DNA of 64,000 nucleotides from Escherichia phage ERS-1: sequence record PP337211. One strand, written 5' to 3'. Shown here one piece after another: positions 35,763-47,094 of this stretch. The position numbers and the translations under genes are program-made. The notes under the pieces were generated by a model. That model ran no database searches, had not been told where the DNA came from, and saw only the letters and a program-made list of their open reading frames with translations. Within the stretch, counting starts at the first letter, position 1. Each line of letters starts with the position of its first letter.

Positions 35763-36915
35763 TCACCGTTGCGTTGCCCGGGCCGGGACCCGGGACGGCG
35801 TGGGTACGTCTCGCGGAGGGTGAAGAAGCTGTGCTCCCCCGACTCCGATGAAGGGTGGGGACGAAGGTGGAGGGGTTCTGGGTGCGGTTGTCGATGTGGT
35901 AGGCGGTCGAGCTCCTTTCTTGGGTGGGGAGGGCCTGAGCCCTCCCGTTCGATTGGCTGGCCGAACTTCCGGGGGCCCCGCGGCCTCCGCGAGGTCCGAA
36001 GCCGATGGCTCCTGTTGCCGTCGGCGCGGAGGACCTTTGTCGACCTGGCGGATCGCGCGATCGCCGGTGAAGGTCCGGGCGGCGCTGGCCTTGGCTTCGC
36101 GGGTGCCGGGAACTTTTGCGCGGCCCCGACTTCGCCCTGGGAGGTGGTGCCCTGTCGACGGTTCGCGGGCGGCGTGGGTCTGGCGGGAGGATGGTTCGAT
36201 CGGTTCTCCGCTTCTCAGGTTGTTAACGTGAAGAAGCAGACCTGCCGCCGTTTGCCCGAAGAAGTAAAGCCCCTGGTGGCCTCTTTTTCGACCCGCGAGG
36301 AGGGAGGGCCGAGCCTCCCGCTTCGTCTCGCCTTGCCTTCGGCTTCCCGGCCTTCGCCTCCGCGGCGGCGATGATGATAGACGGGGCAGGGTGCCGTTTG
36401 GTAGTAGAAGGCCCGGAGGAAGGTGGTGCCGTGCTGGCTTGTTCGTAGTGGACGTTGGCGTGGACCGGGAGCCCGCCGAAGATGTCGTGGAGGCGGAGGG
36501 CGTTGTTGTACTGCTCCTGCGCTCCTTCCGTCGCGGATGGACTTGGTTGCGGCTTCGACCTTGGCGTTGTCGCTGGCGCGTTCGATCTTCACCCTTGCCA
36601 GCGGCCTTGATAGCGGCGCGGACGGCTCCGAGGGCTTCGATCTGGGCGACGGTCGCGGCGGTCTGCGGGTCGCGGAGGGCGAGGGCGGAGTGCTTGGCCT
36701 TCCGTTGTGGGGTAGTCGGCCAGGTTTGGGCGCGGTCCGACCGCGGTGCGGGCGTCGTGCTGATGTCCGGTACCCTGCCGGCGACGTCGCGCTTCTGGCT
36801 CGAAGGCGCTGTTGAGGTCGCGGAGGGCTTCTCGTCGAGCGGCCTTGGAGGTGAAAGCCGGCCTCGAAGCGGGCGGTGGCGCGGTCGATGTAGAAGGAAG
36901 CGGTGCGGGCCGATG
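35763..36915 (-). CDS. Hypothetical protein; start codon reads ATC after RBS GGGAGAA; frame broken
   Basis: rc peptides FYIDRATARFEAGFHLQG, ALRDPQTAATVAQIEALGAVRAAIKAAGKGE, ARVKIERASDNAKVEAATKSIRDG, TTFLRAFYYQTAPC. Confidence 0.3.
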
Positions 36916-36952
36916 TTCTCCCGTTTCTGTGGTTGCCGTTCTCGTTGAACGT

Positions 36953-36990
36953 GAAGAAAGTATAGTGGGGGCCTCCGAAGAAGTAAAGCC
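36953..36990 (-). promoter_or_regulatory. Sigma70-like promoter of the recurring family (-35 TTTACT 36982-36987, -10 TATACT 36959-36964, 17-bp spacer)
   Basis: rc GGGGGGGCTTTACTTCTTCGGAGGCCCCCACTATACTTTCTTCACG. Confidence 0.6.
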
Positions 36991-39900
36991 CCCCCCGCGC
37001 GGTTCTTTTGATTCGGTGGGCCCGTGGTGGTCCCGAGCTGGCCGGCCCCCTCCCTCCGCTCCTCCGCTCCTTTCGCCCTGTTGGCCCCCGGCTCCCCGGC
37101 GGCATCTTCGCCGCGGCCTCCGCCATCCGGGCGCCTCGCGGTCCGTGTCGTGGAGGATGCGGCCAGTTGCCGAGTCGATTTGCTGCGGGTCCCTTGGGTT
37201 CTCCTTCTGGGTCGCCCCGGAGGACGTTGGGTGCTCGGAGGAGGGATCTGGCGGGGTGGTCTTTCCTGGCCGGCGTGGACGGCTTGCGCGCCTTCCGGCT
37301 TCGACCTGCCCCGCTCCTTCGCCCGTGCGCGGTGCGGGTGTCCCGCGGCGGAGATCCCCGGGATCGGCACGCCCGCCCGGCGATAGTAACCTCGGCAACG
37401 GCGATGTTGGGCTACGGCCCCTGGCCGGGTCGCTTCGCGTCGGGTACCGCCCAACCCTGCGGGCCAGGTCGGTCTGCGCGGAGCGCATTGCCTTCGGCGG
37501 GCGCTTGGGCTGGAGCCGCCCTGGTCCCGCCCGGCAACTGGACCGTGGAGGGTTCCACCCCGCCGCCGGGTAGGCGCCTGGAGGTTGCGTCGCCCTCGAG
37601 GTGTCTGGCTTCGCCGGATCCGGTTCGGCCGTCGAACGGGATCGCCCCGACCTGAATGACCCCGGCGTCGGCCGGTCGCCGCTTCGTTTTCCTGCCGATC
37701 GGCGCTGCCGGTTCGCGTTGTCGTCGTGATCACCTTCCTCCTCTTTGTTTGATCTCGCTTTGAAATCCCGGGGCCTTTGTTGCGGCATCCCGGACCACTC
37801 GCCGCCCTCCGCCTTTTTAGGGGCGGGCCTCCGTCCGGTTGAAGGGGTGAGCGGCGGTGGTCCGCTGGTCCCGGTGTGCGACTCCCAGTCGCGGGAACCG
37901 ATAGGCCCCCGGCGGGGGTTGATGAAGTAGCGTGGGGCGACCGCCTCCGAAGCGGTGCGGAACCGATAGGCCCCTGTGCCCTGCCACTCCCCGCGGCGGG
38001 GTTTCCTCCGGCTCGTCCGCCTCCCGGCGGCGGGCGCTTCGCCTTCCCCTTCTTGACCTTGCGGACGCGGGCCTTGCCGACCGGGCTGTTCGAGAAGGCG
38101 AGGTGGAGGGCGTAGCGCGGTGACCGTCCGCTGGCCGTCGATTGGCTGAGTTCTCCGGCTTTGGGTTCGGAAGAAGTCCGGCTCCTTTGGCTCGCCCGGG
38201 GGGCGGTCGCGTCCGCTCCGGCAACCTGACCATCCTGCAGGGCTGACGCGGCGGCGGGTGAACCTGTGAGCCCAGGGGGGTGAATCTGGATCTTGTGCCC
38301 TGCTGCGCTGGGATCCCTGTGACGTTCTGGAAGGACTGGGCCGTGGTCTGGAAGGACCTTCACCCCCGGGCCGTCTGCCCGTGGAAGGGTGTAGGCCCGG
38401 TGGGCGACTCCGGCCCCAGGTGGTCGCCCGGGAGGTCCGGATGAAGTCCTTTGCCCCGCTTCCCCGTCGTTTGTGGCGGGTTCGGTGGTTTCTCCGGTAG
38501 GGGTTGTTGGTCGAAGCCCGGGGCGGTCCTGTCCCGGGCCCGTGATCGGTCCCGACTCCGGCGGCGGGGCGGCGGGCGTCCGCCTGAACCTGCTCCGCCT
38601 GCCGGCCGCCGCGAACCGGGTTGCCCTTTGGCCTGGCGGGTTGAAACGGAGGTCTTGGCCTCCTGGCGTGGGCGTAGCCGTTCCCTTCTTGGTTTGAAGG
38701 GAACCTCCCGGGATGTACCCGGCCCTCGGTCCCGGTTCTCCTTCAGTTCTGGCCCTCCTCTCGTCGTCCGTTCCTTGCCCGTGCCGCTCCGCTCCTCCCT
38801 GAGGTCGCCGCGAGCCGTCGCCGGTCGGACGCCCGGGCCTTCTGCGCTGTTCCTCACAGCCTCCACCTGCCGACGGAAGGGCGAAGGCGAGAAGGCGGAG
38901 GCCCCCGTGGATCGCCGCGTCGGAAGGTTTGCCGGCGGCCGCTCCGCCTTGGGCTTGTACGTCCCGTGGGGCGCTTGTTCGGGGTCTTGGTTTGGTGCTG
39001 GCCCTCCTTCGGGTGCCGATGAATCTGGTGCCAAGCGGTCCGGGTCGCGCTCCTCGCGGATCGCCTCCCGGTGCCCGCCCTCGATCCGTGCTCCCGTGCC
39101 AAGCCCCTGGCTCGCCCTGGAAGGCGAGCTGGTGCGCTTCCCCGGTCGGCGCCCGCTCCGGGTAGGTGAGCTGGGCGGCAGTCCTTGCCACGTTCTTCCT
39201 GCCCGTGCCCGTCCGTGGAGTTCGCTGAAGTCGCCCGAGGCTTCGACTTGGCAACGGTACGCGGCCCGTCCTCGAAGGCCCCGCGGGCGGTTTGGCGTTG
39301 AATCTCCGCGAAGTGGCGACGGAAGCGGGCCGCGCGGAACTGGAGTTGGTGGGCGACGGACGGGCCGCCGAGGACCTCGTCCGCGGTGTGATGCCCTGCC
39401 CGCTGTCCGTAGTCGCGGACCTCCTCCGGCTTCGCGGAGGGTACGGCGGCGGCGATTGCCTCGAAGGCGACGGCCGGGTAGCCTTGCGCGCTGCCTCCTC
39501 GCCCTTCTTCGGGCGTAGGTTCCGAAGAAGCGATGGCCGGGTTGTTCGTCTTGATCCGTGTTCGTCTCCGTGTCGATCCGGGGTTTGTCGTCGTCCGGCT
39601 TCGGGAGGAGGGCGATGGCGCCCGCTTCGCGGAGTTCCTTCGGTGGAGCGGTCGCGGTCCCGGGATCGCCAGGCCGGTGAGCCAACCGATGAGCCGGCGT
39701 GTCGGTGGCGGCGGGTCGGCTTCCCTGGAGTCTTGGGCAAACACTCCCGGCGCTGGACCCGGTGCACCTGCTCCGAGGCGAGGACGCCCCGGGCGATGAC
39801 CTGAACCCTCCCGTCCGTGAGGGAGGCGTTGCCGGCACTCCTCGGCTGGGTACGGCCGGGCTGCTTCGTCCGTTCGTCCCTGCCGGCCCTCCGTGGAGTT

Positions 39901-42871
39901 CCCCGAGGCGCTGATCTGCCTGCGCCACTTCCCCGTGGCTTCTCTGGCGGTTTGAGGTAGCGAAGGCGGCGCGCTGCTCCTGGTTTTCGTTCTGCTGCCT
40001 TCGCCCGTTGGCTTCGAGGCGCTTCTGCTTCTCCGGTACGTCGCGGCGAGTTCCGCCGAGCGGCCCCTCCCCGAAGGCCCGGACCGCATCCTGGGAGGCC
40101 ACCCGGGTCGATGTTGTCGCCGTACTTCTCCCCCTGGTACTCCGCGGCGGCTCCCGCCGTCCCGATCGGTCTGGAGGAGGCGCTGCTGGCTCGTGGCTGG
40201 CTGGTCGATGTCCGTGGAGGACTTCGCTGGCGGACTGGCGATGCGATCGGACCGTGACCTGGTACTTGCGGGGGTCCTCCGGGTTGCGCCCGAGGCGGGC
40301 CTGGCACGCCTGGATGGTAGTGGTTGTGCTGGTTCTCCTTCGGCGGTGGGGGTTGGCTTTCCGAGGTGGCCGCGGCCCGTAGACGTTCGCTGTCCTGGCC
40401 CTCGAAGAAGCCCCCGGCCTGGAAGGTCGGCCACCGTCCTTCGGCTCCGGCGGCGACCCCCTCCGCGGACTGGTCCGTTGGGGCGGCGTCCGCGGACTCG
40501 AAGCCCCGGCGGTGAAGAAGTGGCCGGAGTCGCTGAGGATGTAGAACTTGTCCGGTTGTCCCAGCGCGCTCCCCGGCTCCGGAGGTTATCGCGTGCTGGA
40601 CTTTCTTCCGCACGGGCTCCGGTCCGTTGCGGCGGCGGTTCACCCCCATCTGGAAGCTTCGCCGGCCCCCGAAGGTCGTTGCTTCTCCGCGACCTGGGCG
40701 AGGGTGATGAAGATGTTTGCGGGTCCTTTGCAGTTCCTGGACCTGGCTCTGGTCCAGTGTCTCGACCGGGACGGCGGCGACCGTGGCGAGGCCAGTGACC
40801 TGCTCCGCCACCTCGCCCGGTCGGCGGCGACTTCCGCCGGGCGCTTCGCCGAAGGCGTCGTCTGCCCTGCGGGTGATCGATTCTTGGGTTTCGTCGCTCG
40901 TTTGGTTCTCCGAGGTTCGGGGTACGGTTGCCCTGGGGTCGGGCGGGATCGTGCCTGTCCTGCCGCTCGAAGCGGGCCGGGTCCGGCTTCGCCCCACCTC
41001 CGCCGGGAGGACCCGGACGGAGGGGCGAGGCGTGGGGAATTGCTGCCGATCTGCGGCTCGCCGGACCGTCTCCTGGCGTTATAGGGGCCGGTCCTCCGGT
41101 GCCGCCTGCGTGGCGAGGTGGGCCAGGGCGAAGATCCTGCGGTTTCGGTCGGGCTCTGCGCTTCGAGGTGGTCGGTGGACTGGAGGAGGTCGCCGGGGAG
41201 GGGCGGGCGTCCTCCGCCTCGCGCTTGCTCCTGGAAGGCGTGCCGTGGGTTGTCGGAACAGCTCGTGTCCTGTCTTCCCCGCCCTGCTCCTCCTTCGGCA
41301 GGTCCGCGGTGTCGGCGGGAGGCTGCCCTGCCCCGGCTCGTTCCGCTCCTGGGCGTCCCGCCCGAGTTCGTTCCTGTCGCTCCTGGAACTCGCGTTCGGC
41401 CCTCGCCTTCTGGGCGTGGGCTTGTTGGTGGATGCCGTGGACGGCCCGGCGGCGGTCGGGCGTCTCCGGTGAGACGGATGGTGGTCTTGCGGCTCAGGCG
41501 GTTCTCCGGTGATCTGTTCGCCCGGAAGGGAGGCGATGGTGTCGGCTTGGTTCTGCGGTGCGGGTTTCAGTCGCACCTGGCCGGTGGCGGAGGTGGATGA
41601 CCCTCAACGGCGTCCGGCCTGTCCGGTCCCCGGAGGTGCGCTTGCTGATGTAGATTTTGCCCGCTGCCCGGCCTGGACCTCCTCGCCCTGAGCCGCCAGG
41701 ATGATCGGGTACTCCTGGACGGCGAAGCCCTGCTGCTTGCAGAAGCCGCGGCCTTCTCCGCCGGTCCGTTCCGCTTGCCGGCGGTTGGGTCGCCTCCTCG
41801 CGGAGCTGGTCCCTTTACCCGGCTGCGAAGCCTTCGGCGCGGAGCGGGGGCGAGGAGTCGAAGCTGCGGGCGAGTTCGGAGACGGTCGCCAGGAAGGGCT
41901 TGGACGGCTCCACGCCCTCGAACTCCGCCTTCGCCGAAGGTCGCCTTGGGCGCGGTGACGGCCTTCTTGACGGGGGAGCCGTTGCGACTTGCAGAAGCCC
42001 GCGACGGGACGGCGGCGCTGATGTCCCCTTACCCTTGATGGCCCGATCTTCCCGTGTTCGGCCTTCTTCTGGATGTTGTAGGTGAACTGCGAGGGGTTGT
42101 CCTGCCGGTAGGCTTGTACGCCCTGGCAGACGAAGTGGGACGGGCCGGGATGGATGTGGACGGCCTCGTGGCGCTCCTGGGTCGCTGGCAGGATGATGTC
42201 GGAGCGGAGGCCGGTGTCCCGGCCCCCGCCCGGGACCCGGTTGCGGTTTCGTCCGCGGCGACTTCCGGGACCTCGCTGGCCTCGAGCCTCGCCCCGTTCG
42301 TCCTTCGTGTTGCAGTGGCTCGCGGAAGGCTTGCCCACTTTTCCCTGCTCCGCCGACCTCCGTGGTGAAGCCCGGACGGCGGTTGTTCGCTTCGCTACCG
42401 TTGAAGTCGGTTGACCGGACGTGATCCCGCTTGATGCCGAACTCCGGCTTGCGCTTCCCGGCGTGAATGGTGATGTCGTGGCCCTCGCGGAGGAGGATGG
42501 CGATGGCGCAACTGAGGCCGGTCCCGAAGAAGCCGATGGCCCCGGGGGTTCTCCTTCCAGCTGACCCCGAAGGTGGTGATGGACTTGGGGTCAAATGATG
42601 CCCTTGTTGCGGAAGATTATCCGTTGTGACTCCTCTTGGGTTGTTGAAGGGACCTTACTCCTCCCCTTGCCGGCGGTCCGGCAGGGCTCTGTCGATCTGG
42701 GGAGCCGTCCGCGTTGCCCCGCCCCTCCGGTTGTAGCTGATATGAACCTCCGGGCGGTCCGGTAGTCTGGAGACCCTGCTGGTGCCCCGGTGGTGACGGC
42801 GAAGGCGCAGCGGAGCCTGCCGGCGTGGTCGTGCCCCGCCGGCGTCCCTTGCAGGCCGAAGGCGATTGACT

Positions 42872-42979
42872 TCAACGAATCGCAACGGCTTTGCCTGGTC
42901 CTCGCGCCGACTTCTTGCGGTTTTGCGCCGCGCGGGATCGGGTGCCCGTGTATGCGGCGGAAGGCTTCTTGTAGTTCAT
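42872..42979 (-). CDS. Small basic protein (35 aa as read; may be truncated by a frameshift)
   Basis: rc AAAGGAGCAGCCCATC-ATG (ATG is complement of 42977-42979): MNYKKPSAAYTGTRSRAAQNRKKSARGPGKAVAIR then stop; ~65 nt downstream of the promoter at 43.05 kb. Confidence 0.3.
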   Translation of the reverse strand: MNYKKPSAAYTGTRSRAAQNRKKSARGPGKAVAIR

Positions 42980-43044
42980 GATGGGCTGCTCCTTTCCAAT
43001 CTTGAATCGCGGGTGCTGGTCTGGGGTTGGTTGTTTGGACTCGT

Positions 43045-43081
43045 GTGAAGAAGTATAGTGGTTGTCCGAAGAAGTAAAGCG
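43045..43081 (-). promoter_or_regulatory. Sigma70-like promoter of the recurring family (-35 TTTACT, -10 TATACT, 15-bp spacer as read)
   Basis: rc CCGCTTTACTTCTTCGGACAACCACTATACTTCTTCACAC. Confidence 0.5.
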
Positions 43082-43599
43082 GTTTGGTGGTTTGGCGCGC
43101 GGCGGATTTCCCGCCGGACCTGAAGGCGGGCGTTGAGGGCCGCGCGGTGGTCGGAGGAAGTCCGCGGCACGTGCACCTGGGGCTCCCCCCTCGGTGAAGC
43201 GGACCTTGCAGCGTCCTGGCCTGCTCCTCCGTGTAGGCCATCCCGCCCCCTCGGCTCCCGCTTCGTCGCTTCCGCGTGTCGCTCGGCGGGGGTGCTCCTC
43301 GGGAACGGCGGCTTGTCCGACTTCGGGCTGTCCTTCTGTAGGCTCCTGGGTCGGTCGACCTTGGGCGAATCGAACGGGCTGCCGGGTCTTGTCCCTGTGC
43401 GCCCGGACCTGCTCCGCGGCGGGAGGTGGGCGCAGGCGCGCTCTCGATCGTGCGCCTCGAAGCCGTTCGTTGGTTGGAATTTCCGCCAGTTTCTGCTCCG
43501 ACTGCGGCCTGCTGTCCGGGAAGGCCCGGTGAGCGCTTGCCGAAGCCGGTGCGGCTGGCGTGGAGTTCGGCCTGGTCGCGGAGGTCGTTGGCGTAGTCG

Positions 43600-46400
43600 T
43601 CCGTGGGTCCTTCACCACCTTGCCGCTCCGCCTGTCCTGGTCGGTCTTGAGGCGGCCCTCCCCTGGCTCCTGGCCTTCCCTTTGGGTTTCCGGTGAGCGC
43701 CGTCACTTCTGGTCCTGCAGGGCGCGGGTCTCGGGGGGACTGGCGAACCTCGAAGGTGCTTGTGCCGGGTGAGGAGGAAGTGGAGGCCTGTGTTGGGCCC
43801 CTGTTGTCCGGTTGTCCTTGATGCGCTTGAAATAGGCGTGGTCCTGCTTGTGGCCCTCGCCCCTTTCGTGACCGAGAACCGGCGCCTTCCGGGCCCCGTA
43901 CCTTCCCGGACCCTTCGTTCGAGGCGAGGACCTGGTGGAGGTGCTTCGGCCGCTTCCCGTCCGCCCTTGCCCTCGATCCCTGGTGTTCGGTCATCAGGGT
44001 CGAACCTGCTTTCGTGCTTCTTGTCTCCGGCGAAGAAAGCCATCACCGAACAGCAGGACTAACCAGATCGCGGAGGTGGGCGTTGAAGGAGCCCACCAGG
44101 CGCTTCGAGTCGCTGACTTGGAGGTAGTGACGCCCAACATCGTGCCCGTGACCTTGGCGAAGAAGGACTTGCCGGTGCCGCGGCGACCGCGGAGGACCAC
44201 GGCCCTCGCCCGGGCCGTCCGGGGTGCTGGACCTCCGCGCCCCTCCCGACAGGTAGCGGCAGTGCTCCGGGTTCCCTGAGCCTGGACGTCGTCGCGGATG
44301 TGGTCGGGAAGGGCGCGCTCTCGCCCGGGAGGGAGTCGCCAACCCGCGCCTGGGTCGTAGGCTTCTTCCACCTCCTGGCCGGGGGTGGTGATGGGCTCGT
44401 GTTGGCGGCGCTGGGCGATCCGTTTGTAGGCTCCCGCGGCCTTCTCGATGGGCTTGCCCTCCTCCAGCGCCCAACCACTTCACCTTGATGTGGCGGTAGC
44501 GGTTGCGGAAGTCCTCGAAGGACTGCTCGCTGATTTGGTCCGCTTCATCGCTGGGTCCCGAACCTCGCTGACGATGCGGCACTTCTTCTGCCGATGTCCG
44601 CGACTGACGGCGTGCTTCTCGTTGAAGCTTGCGCGGCCAGGGTCCACCGCCTCCCCGCGGGCGTTCGATCTGCCGTGGGCGTAGCCTTCCCGTTCGGCTT
44701 GTCTCTGACGCTCGCGGCGATTTCGTCGGAGCCGGTGATCACCGCGAAGACGTTTGGGGACCTCCGCCGCCAGGTTGGTGCCTCCAACCTGGCTTCCCGA
44801 CCGGCAGAGGGGTACTGGTCGGGTCCGTGGGTCCTGCCCGGTGCCCTGCCCTGCGTGGTCGCTGATAGCCTTCCCGCGCCGGCCGGGCTCCGGCTCCTCC
44901 GTCCCGATGTCCGGGACGTTGCCCGTGATCTTGCCTTTGCACGGCCCCCCGGCCTGGCCCTGCTCCGCCTTTGGACTCGAACCGCGGGGGCGAATTGTTC
45001 GATGGGGCAGCTGGCCTCGTCGCTACGAGACGGCGAGGGTCGGCTGGCGACCCTTCTTGACCTTCTTCGCGGTGGGCGTCGATCGTGCCCGGGAGGCGGG
45101 CGATGCGAGCTCCGTTGTGGCGGTCCGCCTGAAGCACCTTCTCCGGCTGGATGTTGTACGCTTCCGCTCTGAGCCTTCGCCGCCGATCCGGCGATGTCCG
45201 CTTGTCGGACGGGTTTGGCTGCCAAGCCCTGCATAGCCCCCGCCCGAGTCGATGATGACCGTGGGCTTGGCGTGTAGGACTGGAGGCTTCGGCGCCGCGC
45301 CCGCTCCTCCTCGAAAGCCTCCCCGGCTCGCGGTCGATGTCCCGTGAAGCCTGGCGAGGCGGGCCAGTTGTCCTCCTTCGAGGCTTTCACGTTTGATTCG
45401 CCGGCGGACCGGGTTGGCGTGGAAGGCGTTGCGCTTGCCCTGATGCCCTTCGATCGCTCTGCGGCCTTCTGCCTGTGGTTGGGCGGAATGCCACCGTCTC
45501 CGTTTTCCCGTCCGGGATGATGGCCGTTGGGTACCACGGCCTCCCGGTCCCTTTCCTCCTTCAAGAAGTCGATCGCGTCCTTGGTCTTGTGTTTTGGTGT
45601 TTTCTGCCCATTTGATCCCCCGGCTGAAGGATATTCCCGAAGGCGCTGGCCGCGCTTTCCCCCGTCCTCCTTTGGATGACCGGAGGCGTGTGCCGGAGGC
45701 GGCGGCGATTTCGCGCTGGCGTTTTGCCCGCCCGGCGGCGGATGGGAACCGGCGTGGGCTTCGGCTCGTCCGAGGTGCTGGCGCGGTCTGATCGTCCGGC
45801 GGCGGTCCGCTTCCCGTCGCAGCGGTCCGGGCGCCTGTCCTTCGCGGCTTCGATCGGTTGAGGCCCTTGCGGCGGCGGTGTAGGCTTTCGCCTTGGTTGG
45901 TGCGGCAGGCCGGGCAGGACTCCTTGGTTCTTGGAAGGCGTGTCCGCTTGTGCGGCCCCTGCCCGTTGTCGTTCCCGCGAACCTGGCCCTGGTGCCGGCT
46001 ACCGTCCTTCCAAATAGACGCCGTCTCGTTCCCCCGACCTTCGGCGAGGAAGGCCCGGCCCCCGGCCTTGCGGCGACGGGCAGCGTGTCCTCGCTGGCGG
46101 TGAAGTGGTCCGCTCAAGCGGTCCGCCCCTGGGCGGCCTGTGTTGGTGAATTTCAATTTGGTTGCTGGTTGTAGTTCACGTCCGGGTCCCGGCAATGGGC
46201 TTCTCCTCGCCGGTCCGGTTGGCGACCGGATGACGGGGCGGAGGGAGTCCGCGTTGCGGCTTTGCTGGTTGCCCTCCTTCCACGTCGTAACGGCGGGCGA
46301 CTTCCGGCCTTTGACGCGCCGATTCCCTTCCTGCCCCCTCCCCCGGATCGCGGCCCGAGTAGTCGATGCCCGGGAAGGCGACCCGCTTCGCCTGCCTTCC
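43600..46400 (-). CDS. Primase-polymerase (PrimPol) / SF3 (D5-like) NTPase replication protein; frame broken; boundaries approximate
   Basis: PrimPol-type motifs KPTVIIDSGGGYAG and AYNIQPEKVLQADRHNGARIARLPGTIDAH (~45150-45270); C-terminal P-loop AVVLRGRRGTGKSFFAKV followed by GRHYLQVSDSKRLVGSFNAHLRDL (~44050-44200). Confidence 0.55.
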
Positions 46401-46429
46401 CCGCGGCCTCCAGGCTGTTGGACCTGGGG

Positions 46430-46445
46430 AAGAAGTATAGAGCGT
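46430..46445 (-). promoter_or_regulatory. Probable promoter -10 element of the same family (TATACTTCTTC); -35 degenerate
   Basis: agtata at 46434-46439 (rc TATACT) upstream of the primase-helicase gene. Confidence 0.3.
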
Positions 46446-47094
46446 GAAGCCGTTGTGAGCCGCAAAAAGTTGAGCGCGATTTGACCTCTGCGCAGGCTAC
46501 GTGCCGGCAATTCGTACCGCGGTCCGGGTGCAGGGCTCGGCGAGTTGTTCGTGCCCGGGCGGAAGCCGTTGAACCCGGTCGAAGCCCGCTGTCGTTGGGC
46601 CTGGAACCGTGACGGCTCCGACCTTCGTGGAGGGTCCTTGTCCTGCCCGCGACGTGTTGGGCCTGCCGAGGCGGCGGTCCCTGGTGGTTGCGGTCCTGCG
46701 ACGTTCCCGAGGAAATAACCGCTGGAGCCGTCAAGGACTCTGCCCCTTCTCGCGGCCTAGGGCCTGGCGATACCGTTGCTGCCCGCAAACTTTGGCAGGA
46801 CGGTGCCGTGATGTCGCTGCGCGGCCCTCGATCCTTCCGGTGACGGTCGGGGGTTGCCCGCGCGGCCCTTCTTCTCGACCGCGCGGACCTGGTCCGGTTC
46901 CCCCCTCACCCGCTGTGGTCGATGAGGTATGCCTTGTCTGTCTCGCGCTCGATGACCCTTCCGAGGTCCGGTGTTGTCGTTGCTGCGGCGGTGTTGTTCT
47001 CTGGGGGTTCGCCCCGGACTTCCTCCGGGCGGCGGCCCTTTGCGCGTGTGTTGGTGGGTGAGCAAGTGACCTGCGCGTCTGTTGATAGGGACTT

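Noticed and set aside
35763-40997. Very long ORFs in the supplied track (1744 aa here; also 28756-31437, 53960-56914, 51026-53524, 1706-4219)
   Set aside because: Translations are dominated by R/P/A/G/S/T low-complexity runs with only short islands of protein-like sequence; in 67% GC DNA stop-free off-frames are expected. Real coding signal hops between frames inside them, so they are not single giant proteins.
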